A DNA stretch of 64,000 nt from an uncultured Alphaproteobacteria bacterium (lineage in GTDB: Bacteria; Pseudomonadota; Alphaproteobacteria; Rhizobiales; Xanthobacteraceae). This document shows positions 1 through 12,724 of the stretch, piece by piece. The notes below the pieces were generated by a model, which saw only the letters and a list, made by a program, of their open reading frames with translations, was not told the origin of the DNA and ran no database searches. The stretch is from NCBI GenBank assembly GCA_963821785.1, contig CAWGFC010000005.1, positions 27,065-91,064 on the forward strand. Reading direction: 5' to 3'. Every line of letters starts with the position of its first letter. Position 1 is the stretch's first letter. Position numbers and translations under genes: made by a program.

Positions 1-780
1 GGGGGGCGCGGCGGGAGGGGCGGCCTGCGTCTGCACCACCTGTAGATGCGGCGCGCCGGGAACCGGCGTCGCGCCCGGCACCACGGCCTGCGCGATCGGC
101 TTGCCGTCGGGGCCGATGATCACCGGCACCTGCATCTGTTTGGCGTCGGGACCGGCATAGGTCGCTTCGAGATCGATGATGTCGCGCAGGAAGACCTTGC
201 CGTCGTTCAATTCGTCGCGCCAGATGATGACGGCCTGGAAGGTGAGCGGGCTTTCGCAAAGCCCTGCGATCATCGCCTCGCGGCCGGCTTCGATGCGCTT
301 GGCGATGGCGATTTCGCCCTCGCGCGACAGCAGTTCGACCGAGCCCATTTCGCGCAGATACATGCGCACGGGATCGTCGGTGCGCTCGGACGGCTCTTTC
401 TTTTCGGTGGTGGCGAGCGCCTTGGTCTTGGCCTCGACCACCTCGCGGCCGGACTCGTCGTCGTCATCGTCGTCGTGCTCGTCGGCGGCCTTTTCGGTCT
501 CGCCGTCCTCGCCTTCGGCGTCTTCCGTCTCGACCACGTTGATGCCCATCTCCGAGAGCATCGCCATGATGTCCTCGATCTGCTCGGGCGAGGTCGATTC
601 GGACGGCAGCACGGCGTTGAGCGCGTCGAAGGTGACGAAGCCGCGCTTCTTGGCGGCCTTGATCATCTTCTTGACGCCGGCGTCGTTGAGATCGAGCAGC
701 GGCAGCGGCGAATCGGGCGCGCCTTCGGCGTCCTTTTCCGGGGCCTCTTCCTTGACCTGCGCCTTTGCCTTAGTCGCCAT
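1..780 (-). CDS. rpoD: RNA polymerase sigma-70 factor RpoD, 5' part (runs off the left edge; not in the ORF track)
   Basis: Reverse strand from ATG at 780 reads MATKAKAQVKEE...VKKMIKAAKKRGFVTFDALNAVLP...IEDIMAMLSEMGINVVE...RTDDPVRMYLREMGSVELLSREGEIAIAKRIEAG (regions 1.1/1.2); lies downstream of dnaG. Confidence 0.97.
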   Translation of the reverse strand, partial: MATKAKAQVKEEAPEKDAEGAPDSPLPLLDLNDAGVKKMIKAAKKRGFVTFDALNAVLPSESTSPEQIEDIMAMLSEMGINVVETEDAEGEDGETEKAADEHDDDDDDESGREVVEAKTKALATTEKKEPSERTDDPVRMYLREMGSVELLSREGEIAIAKRIEAGREAMIAGLCESPLTFQAVIIWRDELNDGKVFLRDIIDLEATYAGPDAKQMQVPVIIGPDGKPIAQAVVPGATPVPGAPHLQVVQTQAAPPAAPP

Positions 781-909
781 AATTCGTCCTCTCCTGGACC
801 GGCCCCTAGGGGAAAAACACCCCCCTATAAATAGGCAACAGCCAAGGGGCCAGGCGCCCGGCAAGGCGCTGCCCCCCCAAATCAGGTCGTCAGTGTGGTC
901 GGAACCCGC

Positions 910-925
910 TTAAGCTCCGATTAAC
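910..925 (+). promoter_or_regulatory. CtrA binding box upstream of rpoD
   Basis: TTAA-gctccga-TTAAC is a perfect TTAA-N7-TTAA(C) match in the dnaG-rpoD spacer. Confidence 0.75.
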
Positions 926-1008
926 TACATATCTACCGCGGGAATCGACCTCTTATTCCCTGCGGTCCGGCACGCGCCCCGCCCTGCTAAGGGACTTGCG
1001 GGCCCTGC

Positions 1009-3000
1009 TCATAAGCTACGAACGCCCCGACCGGAAGAGGCTCCGAACCCCTCGATCAGGGCCTCGGTCCCTTCCATCTGCGACAAGCGCCCTTTGACGT
1101 CACGCAACCGCAGATAATTGGCTTCGCTGGTGTCCTGGCCAAGCGCCTGTTCGGCGTCGTTGAGCTCCTTAGTTAGTGAATGCCACTGCCGATGCAAGGC
1201 GACAAGCTGTTGCCAGGTCACCAAAACGTCGTCCGGCGCGGCATCGGGCCGGGCGCCCCAGACCGACGCGGTGGTAATGGAGGCATCGATGCGTGCCATG
1301 GCCTCGGCAAGGCCGCGTCCCTCAAGCTCCGCCCGCACCGCCTCGGCATCCGCCGCCGCGGCATGGGCGGCGATATCGATCAGCGCACTTTTGAGCCGCT
1401 CGGCGTCGGCATGATGGAACTCGAGCGAGGCCAGTTCCTCCAGGTGATCGTGCAGCAGCCAGGGATAATTTAGCGCCGCCTGCAGGATCAGCGCCTCGCG
1501 CCGCGGCACCGCGGTGCGGTGGCCGCGATGCACCGGGCTTGAAGCGAGCTGCCGGCTGACCACCACATAGGGCGTGTTCTTGCCGCCGGTGAGCGGGCGC
1601 TGCGGCGCGCCATTGCGCGGTTGCCAATTGGCATTGCCGCGCTCGCGCGAAGTCTGCCGCCATGCCTCACCCGGCCCGCGCTGGAAATTGCCGCGCGGCG
1701 CAAATCCCTGACCTTGCGCGGGCGCAAAGAACTGCGCCAGCCGCGCGTTGAAATCCTGCCGGTAATATTTGCGCACCGCGTCGTCGCCGATGCCAGCGGT
1801 GACCTCGTTGATGCGCGCTTCCAAGGCCGCGCGCCGCTCCGGCGTCTCGAACGAATGCCCTTCGGTCTCGCGCGCCCATAACATGTCGGCGAGCGGCCGC
1901 GCCGACGCGATCACGTCGGCGACCGCCTCGCGCCCGGCCGAGCGCGCCAGATCGTCCGGGTCCTGGCCTTGCGGCAGCAACGCGAATTTCAGGCTCTTGC
2001 CCGGTTTCAACCGCGGCATGGCGAGTTCGACGGCGCGAAAGGCCGCGCGCAGGCCGGCATTGTCGCCGTCGAAGCAAAGCACCGGCTCGTCCGCCATCTT
2101 CCACAGCAGCGCCAGTTGGTCCTCGGTAAGCGCGGTGCCGAGCGGCGCGACGGAGGCAGGAAAGCCCGCCGTCACCATGGCGATGACGTCGACATAACCT
2201 TCAACCGCGACCACGGGTACGCCCTTTTGGGCGCCGTCATGCGCGGCCTGACGTGCGCTGGCGATGTTGTAGAGCGTAGCACCCTTATGAAAGAGCGGCG
2301 TCTCCGGCGAATTCAAGTATTTCGCCTGCGCGTCCTTCTCCAGCGCGCGGCCGCCAAAAGCGATGACACGTCCGCGCAGATCGCCGATCGGGAACATCAC
2401 ACGGTCGCGGAAGCGGTCGTAAGGCAGCGGGATATCGTCGCCGGCGATCAGTAGTCCTGCCTCCACCATGTCCTCGACCGGAATGCCGTGGCTGCCGAGA
2501 TGCTCCTTCAACGCGAAGCGCTCGTTGGTCGCATAGCCGAGGCGGAATTTCAGTTGCGTCGCCGGATCGAGGCCGCGGTCGGCGAGATAGCCGCGCGCCT
2601 TGGCGCCCGCGCGCGAGGCAAGCGTGGCTTCAAAGAACTTCGCCGCCAGTTCCATGACGTCGTGCAGCGTCTTGCGCCGCGCATCGCGCTGCTCGTCCTC
2701 ACGCGAGACAACCGGCAGCGGCACGCCGGCCATTTGCGCCAGCCGCTCGACCGCCTCCGGGAAGCTGACGCCTTCCGACTCCATGACGAAATCGAAAATG
2801 CTGCCGTTCTTGCCCGAGGAGAAATCGAACCAGGCCTGCTTCTGGTCGTTGACGAAGAAGGACGCGGTCTTCTCCTTGTTGAAGGGTGACAGGCCCTTGA
2901 ACTCGCGCCCCGAGCGCGTGAGCCGGACGCGCTTACCCACGACTTCCGAAACCGGCAGCCGGGCTTTCAGCTCATCGAGGAACTGGGGCGTGAAACGCAT
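1009..3000 (-). CDS. dnaG: DNA primase
   Basis: DRFRDRVMFPI, FGGR, KYLNSPET, TOPRIM EGYVD and CFDGD motifs; adjacent to rpoD. Confidence 0.97.
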   Translation of the reverse strand: MRFTPQFLDELKARLPVSEVVGKRVRLTRSGREFKGLSPFNKEKTASFFVNDQKQAWFDFSSGKNGSIFDFVMESEGVSFPEAVERLAQMAGVPLPVVSREDEQRDARRKTLHDVMELAAKFFEATLASRAGAKARGYLADRGLDPATQLKFRLGYATNERFALKEHLGSHGIPVEDMVEAGLLIAGDDIPLPYDRFRDRVMFPIGDLRGRVIAFGGRALEKDAQAKYLNSPETPLFHKGATLYNIASARQAAHDGAQKGVPVVAVEGYVDVIAMVTAGFPASVAPLGTALTEDQLALLWKMADEPVLCFDGDNAGLRAAFRAVELAMPRLKPGKSLKFALLPQGQDPDDLARSAGREAVADVIASARPLADMLWARETEGHSFETPERRAALEARINEVTAGIGDDAVRKYYRQDFNARLAQFFAPAQGQGFAPRGNFQRGPGEAWRQTSRERGNANWQPRNGAPQRPLTGGKNTPYVVVSRQLASSPVHRGHRTAVPRREALILQAALNYPWLLHDHLEELASLEFHHADAERLKSALIDIAAHAAAADAEAVRAELEGRGLAEAMARIDASITTASVWGARPDAAPDDVLVTWQQLVALHRQWHSLTKELNDAEQALGQDTSEANYLRLRDVKGRLSQMEGTEALIEGFGASSGRGVRSL

Positions 3001-3145
3001 AACATTGCCGCCACGCGCGAGACGCGGCGTCTATCTCTTCCGTTTGGGCCGAATCGGTTCGTCTATCATAGGCCCGCAAATCGAGACTTTCCGGGGCCGG
3101 TGAAGGAACCTGCATTGGACTCGGTAAATCGTGGCCTTTTCCTAG

Positions 3146-3154
3146 TTTTCCACA
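3146..3154 (+). promoter_or_regulatory. Possible DnaA box upstream of dnaG
   Basis: TTTTCCACA matches TTWTNCACA; single copy only. Confidence 0.35.
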
Positions 3155-3230
3155 GGGCCCGTGGGTTCCGGCTAACGCCGGAAAGGGCATTTGCAGCGAC
3201 AATGCGGTAACGCCGTCGCGCCCGCAAACC

Positions 3231-4019
3231 ATGCTGTTCCTGACCACGCACACGATCTGGTACGCCGCAATTCTGCTGCTGGTACCGACGACGATCGTCG
3301 CCACGGCGGGACCGCTGGTGATCCGACGCTTCGTGACGCTCGAGCGCCAGCGCAGCAACAACGAGGTCGCCGGCTTCAAGTTTGCGACCGTCGGCGTCAT
3401 TTTTGCAGTGCTGCTCGCCTTTGCGGTGATCGTCGTCTGGGAAAAGTTCAACCAGGCGGAGGGCGCCGTCGCTAAGGAAGCGACCGCGGGGGCGACAATC
3501 ATTCGCCTATCGCAGGGCATCGACCCCGAGCACGGTGCGGCGATCCGCAAAGCCACGCTCGACTACCTGACGACGGCGATCGCGCGCGACTGGCCGGACA
3601 TGGAACACGGGCGGGTGAGCGCGGGCGCCACCGAAGCGCTCGGCAAGGTCTATACCGCGCTGCTCAAATTCCACAGCATCGACGCCAGCGAAGGCCTGGT
3701 GATCGCCGAACTTCTCCGGCAGGTCGACCGCCTGAGCGAAGCGCGGCGCGAGCGGCTGGTGATGGCGGACGGCACGGTTCCCGGCATCATCTGGCTGGTG
3801 TTGTTCGTTGGCGCCTTCCTGACCGTCGGCTTCACGTTTTTCTTCGGCACCGAAAATGTTCGCGCGCAGGCGCTGATGACCGCGGCGTTGTCGTTCCTGA
3901 TTTTCACCGGGCTTCTGACGATCGTCGCCATCGATCATCCGTTCGCCGGAACCATCAAGGTCGGACCCGAGGCGATCGCCGGCGTCGTCGTGGATTTCTC
4001 CGCAGCCGCGGCGCACTGA
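3231..4019 (+). CDS. DUF4239/bestrophin-like membrane protein
   Basis: Hydrophobic N- and C-terminal helices; GVIFAVLLAFAVIVVWEKF and IDHPFAG-type motifs. Confidence 0.7.
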   Translation: MLFLTTHTIWYAAILLLVPTTIVATAGPLVIRRFVTLERQRSNNEVAGFKFATVGVIFAVLLAFAVIVVWEKFNQAEGAVAKEATAGATIIRLSQGIDPEHGAAIRKATLDYLTTAIARDWPDMEHGRVSAGATEALGKVYTALLKFHSIDASEGLVIAELLRQVDRLSEARRERLVMADGTVPGIIWLVLFVGAFLTVGFTFFFGTENVRAQALMTAALSFLIFTGLLTIVAIDHPFAGTIKVGPEAIAGVVVDFSAAAAH

Positions 4020-4022
4020 GCC

Positions 4023-4982
4023 CTACTGCGGCGGCAGACCCGACTCCAGCACGACCTCCTTGGCGGCGGCGCGGCCCTCGGTGACGGTCTTGGCGAATTC
4101 CGCCGGCGTGCCGACCGCCGGCACCTGGCCGCGACTGATCACGTATTTCTCGACGAAGTCCTTGTTCTGGAATACACGCCACACCTCGGCATTGAGCTTG
4201 TCGACGATCGCCTTTGGCGTTCCCGGCGGCGCGAACAAGCCATACCAGGTCTCCGACGGCGCGCCCTTGTAGCCGAGGTCGGCGAGCGTCGGCACGTCGG
4301 GCAGAAGCGGCGTGCGGATGTTGTTGACCAGCGCCAGCGCCGTCATCTTGTTGGCCTTGATCTGCGAAATGATGTTGCCGAGCCCGAACAGGCCGATCGG
4401 CGTAGTGCCGGAAAGGATGGCGGTGACCGCCTCGCCGCCGCCGCGGAACGGCACGCGCACCCAGTCGGCGCCTTGGTCGCGCTTGAGGCTGTCCATGTAG
4501 ACCACGCAGGGGATCGAGGCGGTGAGATAATTGAGCGTACCGGGCTTCGCCTTCGACAGCGCGACCAGCTGGTCCACCGTCTTGACGTTGAGATTGGAGT
4601 TCACCACCAGCACCTGGATGAGGTGGAACAGGTTGACGATGGGCACGAGCTTTTCCGGCTCGAAGGGAATCTTTTTGAACAGGTACTGGTTGTAGATCAT
4701 CGTATCGGCGTTAATGATGCAGATGGTGTAGCCATCCGGCGTGGCGTCCTGGCAGGCGCGTCCGGCGATGTTGCCGGCGCCGCCCGGCTTGTTCTCGATG
4801 ATCAGCGGCTGGCCGAGGCGCTTCTGCATGGCGTCGTTGAGCACGCGCATGAAGATGTCGCTGATGCCGCCGGCGCTCGAGGTGGTGAAGACGCGGATCG
4901 GGCGATTGGGATAGTCGTCGGCCGAGGCCTGCGTTGCGAACAAAGCTACGGCCATCGCGGCCGCCGCAAGAATTCGTTTCAT
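4023..4982 (-). CDS. Bug/TctC-family tripartite tricarboxylate transporter substrate-binding protein
   Basis: Signal peptide, YPNRPIR, ENKPGGAG, VPFRGGGEA and PDVPTL motifs. Confidence 0.9.
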   Translation of the reverse strand: MKRILAAAAMAVALFATQASADDYPNRPIRVFTTSSAGGISDIFMRVLNDAMQKRLGQPLIIENKPGGAGNIAGRACQDATPDGYTICIINADTMIYNQYLFKKIPFEPEKLVPIVNLFHLIQVLVVNSNLNVKTVDQLVALSKAKPGTLNYLTASIPCVVYMDSLKRDQGADWVRVPFRGGGEAVTAILSGTTPIGLFGLGNIISQIKANKMTALALVNNIRTPLLPDVPTLADLGYKGAPSETWYGLFAPPGTPKAIVDKLNAEVWRVFQNKDFVEKYVISRGQVPAVGTPAEFAKTVTEGRAAAKEVVLESGLPPQ

Positions 4983-5038
4983 GAAGTCCTCCCCTTCGGT
5001 TTTCTTTTATACCTCAATCCTCATCTTGAGGAGCAATC

Positions 5039-5491
5039 CTACTGCAGCTTCGCCTTCACCATCCCGCTAGCCTTGGCCATGTCCATCTGCCCGGCATATT
5101 TGCCGCGCAAGGCGCCGATCACTTTGCCCATGTCCTTCATGCCGGCGGCGCCTGTGTCCTTGATCGCGGCCTCGATCGCCGCCGTCATCTCGGCTTCCGA
5201 CATCTGCTTCGGCAGATAGCCGGAGATGATGGCGATCTCCTCCTGCTCCTGCTTGACCAGGTCGGCGCGGTTGCCCTTCTGGTAAAGCTCGACCAATTCC
5301 TGGCGCTGCTTGATCATCTTCTGCAGCACGGGGAGCACCTCGGCGTCGCCGAGCGGCGGCTTGCCCTGCCCACGCGCCTCAATGTCGGCGTTCTTGAGCG
5401 TGGAATTGACCATGCGCAGGGTGGAGACCGCCCGCTCGTTCTTGGCCTTCATCGCCTCGGTCAAAGCTTTGTTGATGTCGTCGCGCAGCAC
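5039..5491 (-). CDS. GatB/YqeY domain protein
   Basis: LRDDINKALTEAMKAK...KQRQE...KDMGKVIG; GTG start at 5491 with an AAGGAAAGG RBS. Confidence 0.9.
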   Translation of the reverse strand: MLRDDINKALTEAMKAKNERAVSTLRMVNSTLKNADIEARGQGKPPLGDAEVLPVLQKMIKQRQELVELYQKGNRADLVKQEQEEIAIISGYLPKQMSEAEMTAAIEAAIKDTGAAGMKDMGKVIGALRGKYAGQMDMAKASGMVKAKLQ

Positions 5492-5667
5492 GGGGAGGCC
5501 CTTTCCTTGTGGTGTTGACTCGGCGTTCAGAATAATCAAAAATTTTCATGTGCGGGTCTGTTGAGGCGCTGCATGTTGCATCCGGGAATATCCCCGGGAC
5601 GGTATATCCGTCGATCTCCCCGTCACACCGAGCCCAAATTATGGAAAGCGAAGATATCGACTTGTCC

Positions 5668-5805
5668 ATGAAGGGCAAGAAGCGTCGGCGTTCTGGCCGT
5701 GGCGGTCAGAGACCCGATATTAATCCTGCGCGTTACCGCAGGACGCGGCATGTAAGACGATCCTCACGTAGAGTAAGACGGTCCTCACGTAGAGGCAGAC
5801 GGTAA
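5668..5805 (+). CDS. Putative 45-aa Arg-rich (protamine-like) small protein
   Basis: MKGKKRRRSGRGGQRPDINPARYRRTRHVRRSSRRVRRSSRRGRR*; stop directly followed by an intrinsic terminator. The start is uncertain (5641 or 5548 are in frame). Confidence 0.4.
   Translation: MKGKKRRRSGRGGQRPDINPARYRRTRHVRRSSRRVRRSSRRGRR
5752..5805 (+). repeat. 21-bp tandem repeat (about 2.5 units)
   Basis: gtaagacgatcctcacgtaga / gtaagacggtcctcacgtaga / ggcagacggtaa. Confidence 0.9.
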
Positions 5806-5811
5806 ACGAGG

Positions 5812-5840
5812 AGCCGCCGGGTACAAGCCCGGCGGCTTTT
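5812..5840 (+). terminator. Intrinsic terminator
   Basis: agccgccggg-tacaag-cccggcggct followed by ttt. Confidence 0.8.
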
Positions 5841-5963
5841 ACAAGCCACTATCTGTTCTTTCCGATAAAGTACGGGCCTCAATCAAAATCTCTCTAATAG
5901 CTGCCTGGGGGCAGCGTGGGGCCGCCCCTTGCCTCGCCTCATATAATACGCAACTAAGAGGCC

Positions 5964-7193
5964 ATGACCCAGACGAAAGCGACCCCCGGCGCCGGGACTT
6001 CCGGCGAGGCTTGGGCTGAGCCCAAGCCGACGGCGCTTTTGGTGCTGGCCGACGGAACCGTGCTGGAAGGTTTCGGCTTAGGGGCCACCGGCACCGCTGC
6101 CGGCGAGGTCTGCTTCAACACCGCCATGACCGGCTACGAGGAGATCCTCACCGACCCTTCTTACGCAGGGCAGATCATCACCTTCACCTTCCCGCATATC
6201 GGCAATGTCGGCACCAACGAGGACGACATCGAGACCGTCAACATGGCGGCGACGCCGGGCGCGCGCGGGGTGATCCTGCAAAGCGCCATCACCGCGCCGT
6301 CGAACTACCGCGCCACGCGCAACTTGAACGACTGGCTCAAAGCCCGCGGCATCATCGGGCTTTGCGGAATCGACACCCGCGCGCTGACCGCGCTGATTCG
6401 CGTCGAGGGCATGCCCAACGCGGTGATCGCGCACGCGCCCGACGGCAAATTCGATCTCGCCGCGCTGAAGAAAGAAGCGGCAAGCTGGCCGGGTCTGGTC
6501 GGCATGGACCTGGTGCCGATGGTCACCTCCGGCCAACGCTTCACCTGGGACGAGACGCCCTGGGTGTGGGACCACGGCTTCGGCCGACAGGACAAACCGG
6601 AATTTCACGTCGTCGCCATCGACTACGGTATCAAGCGCAATATCCTGCGCCTGCTCGCCGGCACTGGCTGCAAGGTGACGGTGGTGCCGGCCAAGACGTC
6701 CGCCGAGGACATCATGGCGTTGAAACCCGACGGCGTGTTCTTGTCCAATGGGCCCGGAGATCCGGCGGCGACCGGCGAATATGCCGTGCCGGTCATCAGG
6801 AAGCTGATCGACTCAGGCACGCCGACCTTCGGCATCTGCCTTGGCCACCAGATGCTCGGCATCGCCATCGGCGGCAAGACCATGAAGATGCATCAGGGCC
6901 ATCACGGCGCCAATCATCCGGTGAAGGATTTGACCACCGGCAAGGTCGAGATCACCTCGATGAACCACGGTTTCGCGGTCGACAAGGACTCGCTGCCGAA
7001 GAACGTCGAGCAGACGCATGTTTCTCTGTTTGACGGCTCCAACTGCGGCATCGCCCTGAAGGATAAGCTGGTGTTCTCGGTGCAGTACCACCCCGAGGCC
7101 TCGCCCGGCCCGCGCGACAGTCACTATCTCTTCACGCGCTTTGTCGACATGATGCGGCAGGCCAAGAGCGCGGCCAAGCGCAAGATCGCGTAA
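5964..7193 (+). CDS. carA: Carbamoyl-phosphate synthase small subunit
   Basis: GEVCFNTAMTGY, SNGPGDP, GICLGHQ, SMNHGF and QYHPE motifs. Confidence 0.98.
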   Translation: MTQTKATPGAGTSGEAWAEPKPTALLVLADGTVLEGFGLGATGTAAGEVCFNTAMTGYEEILTDPSYAGQIITFTFPHIGNVGTNEDDIETVNMAATPGARGVILQSAITAPSNYRATRNLNDWLKARGIIGLCGIDTRALTALIRVEGMPNAVIAHAPDGKFDLAALKKEAASWPGLVGMDLVPMVTSGQRFTWDETPWVWDHGFGRQDKPEFHVVAIDYGIKRNILRLLAGTGCKVTVVPAKTSAEDIMALKPDGVFLSNGPGDPAATGEYAVPVIRKLIDSGTPTFGICLGHQMLGIAIGGKTMKMHQGHHGANHPVKDLTTGKVEITSMNHGFAVDKDSLPKNVEQTHVSLFDGSNCGIALKDKLVFSVQYHPEASPGPRDSHYLFTRFVDMMRQAKSAAKRKIA

Positions 7194-7247
7194 GCACCAA
7201 ACGGAAGCCGCTGGCGCATAAACGCTCACGCGGCTAAACAGAAGCGC

Positions 7248-7943
7248 ATGTCCGACTGGATCAGCTTCTACGATTTCAAGCATTCGGTGATCTACGTGAA
7301 TGCGCGTCACCGCGACGTGCATTACCGCACCATCGCGACCGACATCCGCGCTTACGTGCCGCGGCATTCCGCCGACGTGCTCGACTACGGCTGCGGCGAG
7401 GCGACCTCGGCCGATCTCGTCGCGGCGGCGAGCAGCCATCTGACGCTGGTCGAAGCGGCGCCCAATGTGCGCGCGGCGCTCAAGGCGCGCTACGAGTCAA
7501 ATCCGAAAATCTCGGTGCTGACGCCCGACGAAGCCGCGGCGCGGCCGGTCGGCAGTTTCGATCTCATCGTGATGCATTCGGTCGCGCAATATCTGAGCGA
7601 AGCCGAGTTCGAGCGCCAGTTGAAAGTCTTCCACGCGCTAGTCAAGCCGGATGGCCTCGTCATCGTCGGCGATATCGTACCGACCCAACTCGCCGCGCCT
7701 TACGCTGCGCTGGCGCTGCTGCGCTTTGCCATCGCCAACGGCTTCTTCTGGGCGGCGGTCGGCGGGCTGATGCGGATTTTCGTGTCGGATTATCTGCGGC
7801 TGAAGAAGACGGTCGGCCTGTCGCATTACGACGAGGCGGCCATGCTGGCCAAGCTGACGGCCGCCGATTTTACGGCCAAACGCGCGCCGCGCAATATCGG
7901 CCACAACCAGCGGCGCATGACGTTCCTGGCGCGGCCGGCCTAG
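7248..7943 (+). CDS. Class I SAM-dependent methyltransferase
   Basis: VLDYGCGE motif I; FDLIVMHSVAQY. Confidence 0.8.
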   Translation: MSDWISFYDFKHSVIYVNARHRDVHYRTIATDIRAYVPRHSADVLDYGCGEATSADLVAAASSHLTLVEAAPNVRAALKARYESNPKISVLTPDEAAARPVGSFDLIVMHSVAQYLSEAEFERQLKVFHALVKPDGLVIVGDIVPTQLAAPYAALALLRFAIANGFFWAAVGGLMRIFVSDYLRLKKTVGLSHYDEAAMLAKLTAADFTAKRAPRNIGHNQRRMTFLARPA

Positions 7944-8779
7944 TCCCAGCCGCCGGGCACGCGGCCGGCCGGATTGGCGACGCGGCCGTTGGCGCGCTTG
8001 AGCGCGGCGATCTGATTCATCTCGTCGTCATCGAGCGTGAAATCGAACACGTCGAAATTGTCGGCGATGCGCTCCGCCTTCGACGAGAACGGAATGGCGG
8101 CGACGTCTTGCTGCAGCAGCCAGCGCAGTGCGACTTGCGCGACGCTGCGGCCGCGCTTCTCGGCGATGTCGTCGAGCACCGGATCGCCGAACAGGCGGCC
8201 GCGCGCCAGCGGGCAATAGGCGATGAAGACGAGCTGGTGGCGGCGCACCGCGGCGATGAGCTTCGACTGGTCGAGATAGGGATGATACTCGGCTTGCAGG
8301 GCAACGAGCGGCTCGGGGCAGAGCGCGACCGCCTGATCGAGCAGCCCGATATTGAAGTTGGCAACGCCAATATGCCGTGCCAGTCCCTGTTGCTTGACCT
8401 TGGCCAGCGCCGGCATCGTTTCGGCAAGCGCAATGGCCCGATTGGGCCAGTGCACCATCAGCAGGTCGACGTAATCGACCTTGAGCGCGGCGAGGCTGTC
8501 GTCGACCGAGCGCACGAAATCGTCGGCGCGCAGGTTCTCGTGGCTGACTTTGGTCGTGAGGAAAATGTCTTGGCGCGGAATGCCCGACGCGCGCATCGCC
8601 TCGCCGACCGCGGGCTCGGTGCCGTATTTGCGCGCGGTGTCGATATGCCGGTAACCGACCCCGAGCGCCGTGGCCACGGCTTCAGCGGACATCCCGCCGG
8701 TCATTGCCCCGGTGCCGAAGCCGAGGGCGGGGATAGATCCGGATTCTTTAGAAAGCGCGAGGCTGGGCTGAGCGGTCAT
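7940..8779 (-). CDS. Aldo/keto reductase
   Basis: GYRHIDTARKYG, FLTTK, YVDLLMVHWP and HIGVANF motifs; ATG at 8779 preferred as start. Confidence 0.92.
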   Translation of the reverse strand: MTAQPSLALSKESGSIPALGFGTGAMTGGMSAEAVATALGVGYRHIDTARKYGTEPAVGEAMRASGIPRQDIFLTTKVSHENLRADDFVRSVDDSLAALKVDYVDLLMVHWPNRAIALAETMPALAKVKQQGLARHIGVANFNIGLLDQAVALCPEPLVALQAEYHPYLDQSKLIAAVRRHQLVFIAYCPLARGRLFGDPVLDDIAEKRGRSVAQVALRWLLQQDVAAIPFSSKAERIADNFDVFDFTLDDDEMNQIAALKRANGRVANPAGRVPGGWD

Positions 8780-8949
8780 GATTGGGTCTGTGGATGCGGG
8801 CGGGCTGGCAGGCGGCGACACTAGTATAGTTCTGCCAGCATTTGAGCCTCTTTTTCCGTCCACCGCTAATGCGCGCGCCGCCCTTCCCTGCCCGCCGATT
8901 CGGGTCTATATGAGCCCCGCGCGCGAGGCTTGAACCCTCAGCGCGATCC

Positions 8950-8981
8950 GGGGGAGCGCGCAATCCGCGCGCCCTTTTTTT
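8950..8981 (+). terminator. Intrinsic-terminator-like hairpin in the carB 5' leader (attenuator candidate)
   Basis: ggg-a-gcgcgc-aatcc-gcgcgccc followed by T8; between a CTATAT -10-like element (8906-8911) and the carB ATG. Confidence 0.6.
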
Positions 8982-9004
8982 GTGCCCAGTTCATCCGCGA
9001 GCGA

Positions 9005-12466
<3,462 letters not shown>

Positions 12467-12724
12467 GGACGGTTCCCTTAAGCCTCGCCAGCAAGAGCGG
12501 CGGTGCGAGAATGGCCGTGAAGTCCGCGGTCGCGGCGCAGGTGAAACTGCCCGCGGTCGAGGTTTTTTTGACCGGCCCTCGGTTCACATGACTCCGGTGC
12601 GCGGGAATCCGTGGCCGGAGTTGTATTGCGAGTGGATTGGACGGGTTTTTTGAGAGTGGAAGGGCTTGGCGGCGCTCCGGCGCATTCAAGACGTTTCGGG
12701 CGCCCGCCAGGAGGAGAAGGGAAG

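Noticed and set aside
46-834. ORFs 46-834 and 176-913 on the + strand
   Set aside because: Antisense shadows of rpoD, whose true frame is on the minus strand.
3060-3230. Riboswitch-like hairpins upstream of the DUF4239 gene
   Set aside because: I could not match the conserved core of any riboswitch class I know; an Rfam scan would settle it.
5752-5805. Repeat as a possible mini-CRISPR
   Set aside because: Units are directly adjacent with no spacers, and there are no cas genes.
12500-12660. Hairpins and T-run in the carB-greA spacer as a greA attenuator
   Set aside because: The T-run is offset from the stem and is equally explained as the carB terminator.
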